Shown here piece after piece: positions 61,321 through 64,000 of a stretch of DNA of 64,000 nucleotides; the stretch's first letter is position 1; every line of letters begins with the position of its first letter. Position numbers and translations under genes: made by a program. The notes beneath the pieces were generated by a model. That model was not told the origin of the DNA, did not search any database, and saw only the letters and a list, made by a program, of their open reading frames with translations. This DNA comes from Chloroflexota bacterium (GTDB taxonomy: Bacteria > Chloroflexota > Dehalococcoidia > Lucifugimonadales > UBA3495), in the NCBI GenBank assembly GCA_027623675.1, contig JAQBVF010000004.1:87490-151489 (forward strand). The letters are read 5' to 3'.

Positions 61321-61615
61321 GAGAGAATTTAGCTCAGCCCATCTATTACAAATAGGAGGCGAGGGGTAATCATGTCTTTTTGTGGCCTTATTTTTGTTTC
61401 CCGGGATGTCGATCCCTCCAACATACCCAAGCCTCTACGGGGGTTGTATATGTGACTAGAGGTTCGATTCCCCGGCGGACTTGCAGGTAACATACCGGTA
61501 ACACAGATTCCGGTAACTTAAGTTCAAGCAAAGCGAAGTCCAGCGGAGTCCAGACGGTAAAGAATCGCAGAAGCAGTCTTCGCTTCAGGCAAGCAGAACA
61601 AGGAGATAGGAGTAG

Positions 61616-64000
61616 ATGAACACTAAAATCGGAAAATCTTTTGGGCTCGCATTGCTCATGGCCATCGGCGTCGTTGTCACGATGCTGGCCATGGGAATGT
61701 TCTCGCCCGGGAAGGCGTCGGCGGACCACAATACCGACTCCACCAACGTGCACTTAGTGACGTTCACGCCAGGTAGTTTTAGCGTGAATGCTAAAACCTC
61801 GTGGGATGTAACCTTCGGGGTTTCCTCGGCACTTACCGCTGGTGTGGGAACAGTGTCGATAACGTTCCCAGAAGGCGTGGTACTGCCTTCAACTATTGAC
61901 AAAACTAGAGTAGCGGCCGGAGGCGGAACCGATATTTTCCCGCTCACGACAGATCCGACCGTGTCCGGGTCGACCGTTACGCTTACAGTGCCTGCAACCA
62001 ATGCCAGTGGCGGCGCTCTAACAGGCGGTACAGATATCGGCGCTGGTGAAACAGTAACGGTGGCTTTCAGCCAGCTAGCGGGTCTAGTTAACCCTGCGAA
62101 ATCGGGTGATGCCGGCTCGATTGCGCTCGGCACCGCAGGTAAAGTGAAGACGAGCGCTCAAACGACATTGGCGAATATCAAAGGTAGCGCGGTGGTGATA
62201 ACCACCACGATTTCCCTTAGCGCCACGTCGGCTTCAGAGGGCGACACTGTCGTTGCGACCGTAGGTGGATTTACTCCAGGCCTCACCGTGTCATTGTCTG
62301 GACAACTTTCGGGATCTGCGATCGTTGGTTCTGACAGAAAGGCCACGATTAACGGAACGATGAAGACGACGGGATCAACCGTCAAGGCGACTGATACGGC
62401 GAACATCACTGCCGAGAAAACTGGAACACCGATAACACTTAAAGCCACCCTGACGGCGACTGCCAGCGGTAAAGCGCAAGACGTGATCGTCCTGCAGGGC
62501 AGGAACTTCACCTTTACTGCTGGCACCACCATCGCAAACGTCGCTGCGATTGATTTCGCGGGAGTGGACATAAATACAGGCGTTATCACCGGTAGTAACG
62601 TTGTTACTACCCTTCCGTACGCCTTCCTGAATAATGACAAAGATGCGGACGGAGTCGATGATGACTTCACGATTAGCATCAGGATACCCAGTGGCGCTAC
62701 CAAAGGCATAAACCAAATTAAGGTCACCGACTCAGCGGGTAAGTCGGCTACGGCGACTGTCGATGTCGAAGGCCGCACGGTTACCATCTCGCCCACCGAG
62801 GGTCCTCCTGGTACTGTGATTGTGGTCGGGGGGTCTGGCTTCCCTACCAGCATCGCCGCTGACGATGCGAACACCATCACGATTAGCCCCACATTTAGTG
62901 GTGCCGCGACTACGGTAAAGAGTCTGATTACTGGTGGCGCTGGCGACCTGCCTGGGGCAGATCAGTACACCATTCCTGCCTCAGCAACTGCGACCACGGT
63001 AACGGTCACAGTCTCGATCAAGGGAACAGGCGGGGACAACCTACAGACTACTGGCTCGGCCAAATTCACTGTCACGACGCGCGCTTTAACCGTGTCGCCG
63101 ACCAGCGGCCCAAGAGGAACTAAAATTCTGGTGTCTGGCGATAAGTTCACCTCTAACGGCAAGATTCTTGCCGATAAAATTACGGTGGACGGAAAAGCCA
63201 CGACCCACGCACAGGTCGACCTGACCTCCAGTGGTGGATTGCCTGGAACCGAAGTCACGGTGCCAGCCACCGCAGGATTGGGTTCCAAGACCGTATCGAT
63301 TGCAGATAACGCCTCTCCTGCCTTAACGGGAACAGCCAAGTTCACAGTGACTCAGCCAACTATCGCACTGAGTCCGATTTCGGCAACGATGGGTGAGATT
63401 GTGACCGTCACCGGCGACGGATGGGTTCCCTCCTCCGCTGTCACAATCACCGTGAGTGCTGGTGGTGGGACAAAGGTCGCGACCGCCAATGGTGTAGGCC
63501 ACTTTGAGACTGGGGTGGAACTATCCAGTGTGATTGGTGTCGGTCTCAAGGTAATCACCTTTAGTGCTGCGGACGGTAGCACTCTCGGTAACACAGCTAC
63601 CGCCCAGAGCCTGACGGTACCTGCGCCCAAGATTACATTGTCAGCTACTACGGCTACGGTGGGTTCCATCGTGTCCGTTGATGCCTCTGGTTTCGTTCCT
63701 AGCTCGGGCCTGTCCAAGCTGGAAATTGGTGGAGCGGATGTAAGAGAGGGCGTTCATACCACCAACAGTGCCGGTTCCCTGACCGTATCTTTCAAGGTGC
63801 CAGGTCTGACTGGATCCCAACTGGTTACGGTTAAGATTGGTAGCACGGAGGTCTCCACTTCAATAACCGTGAAGAAGCCCACCGCGCCGGCGCCTTCGGA
63901 CACGACGCCTACGGCTGATGTGTTCGCCGACGTCATCGCTAACGATAACTTGATTCGGGTATTCCGGTTCGATAACTCCACCCAGACGTGGGCGTTCTTC
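61616..64000 (+). CDS. Large secreted Ig-like/IPT-TIG repeat surface protein, probable S-layer (3' end outside window)
   Basis: Not in the ORF track because it runs off the window. ATG 61616 after AGGAG; signal peptide MNTKIGKSFGLALLMAIGVVVTMLAMGMFSPGKASA; open frame of at least 795 aa; repeated SPTxGPxGT.I.V.G..F units; rich in T/A/G/S/V. Confidence 0.85.
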   Translation, partial: MNTKIGKSFGLALLMAIGVVVTMLAMGMFSPGKASADHNTDSTNVHLVTFTPGSFSVNAKTSWDVTFGVSSALTAGVGTVSITFPEGVVLPSTIDKTRVAAGGGTDIFPLTTDPTVSGSTVTLTVPATNASGGALTGGTDIGAGETVTVAFSQLAGLVNPAKSGDAGSIALGTAGKVKTSAQTTLANIKGSAVVITTTISLSATSASEGDTVVATVGGFTPGLTVSLSGQLSGSAIVGSDRKATINGTMKTTGSTVKATDTANITAEKTGTPITLKATLTATASGKAQDVIVLQGRNFTFTAGTTIANVAAIDFAGVDINTGVITGSNVVTTLPYAFLNNDKDADGVDDDFTISIRIPSGATKGINQIKVTDSAGKSATATVDVEGRTVTISPTEGPPGTVIVVGGSGFPTSIAADDANTITISPTFSGAATTVKSLITGGAGDLPGADQYTIPASATATTVTVTVSIKGTGGDNLQTTGSAKFTVTTRALTVSPTSGPRGTKILVSGDKFTSNGKILADKITVDGKATTHAQVDLTSSGGLPGTEVTVPATAGLGSKTVSIADNASPALTGTAKFTVTQPTIALSPISATMGEIVTVTGDGWVPSSAVTITVSAGGGTKVATANGVGHFETGVELSSVIGVGLKVITFSAADGSTLGNTATAQSLTVPAPKITLSATTATVGSIVSVDASGFVPSSGLSKLEIGGADVREGVHTTNSAGSLTVSFKVPGLTGSQLVTVKIGSTEVSTSITVKKPTAPAPSDTTPTADVFADVIANDNLIRVFRFDNSTQTWAFF

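Noticed and set aside
61460..61473. GGTTCGATTCCC resembling a tRNA T-arm
   Set aside because: No acceptor stem, D-arm or anticodon arm can be built; it is better explained as the 3' strand of the leader hairpin
61388..63981. Series of minus-strand ORFs (121-244 aa)
   Set aside because: Antisense shadows of the plus-strand surface protein, which has an RBS, a signal peptide and a continuous frame
1..64000. CRISPR arrays, rRNA/tRNA, integrases/transposases, selenocysteine or frameshift recoding
   Set aside because: None seen; genes appear full length with ordinary stops

Overview
GC-rich bacterial chromosomal segment. Gene content suggests Chloroflexota, Dehalococcoidia (SAR202-like); this is an inference. 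It contains about 45 CDS and no rRNA, tRNA, CRISPR array or transposase. Main blocks, in order: M16 protease, HtrA, rph, comEC/comEA, ilvE and plsY; a 1831-aa DUF4011-SF1 helicase-Vsr-like-DUF3320 protein (Hhe-like defence architecture) with an internal duplication of about 225 aa; a hopanoid cluster (polyprenyl synthase, hpnH, hpnG-like, hpnA, shc, yjbQ, hpnD-like, then an epimerase and a nucleoside hydrolase, with no hpnC/hpnE); a signal-less DUF1800-DUF1501-NHL operon with a palindromic operator; a Cys-free cytochrome-c-like mini protein; ppdK; sufBCDS plus two sufU with an IscR-like box; a MaoC double-hotdog protein with two class III CoA transferases; pyrG, tal and rho. The window ends in a large secreted Ig/IPT-repeat protein (probable S-layer) that is missing from the ORF track and has a long structured leader. 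All calls come from reading motifs by eye; no database searches were run.
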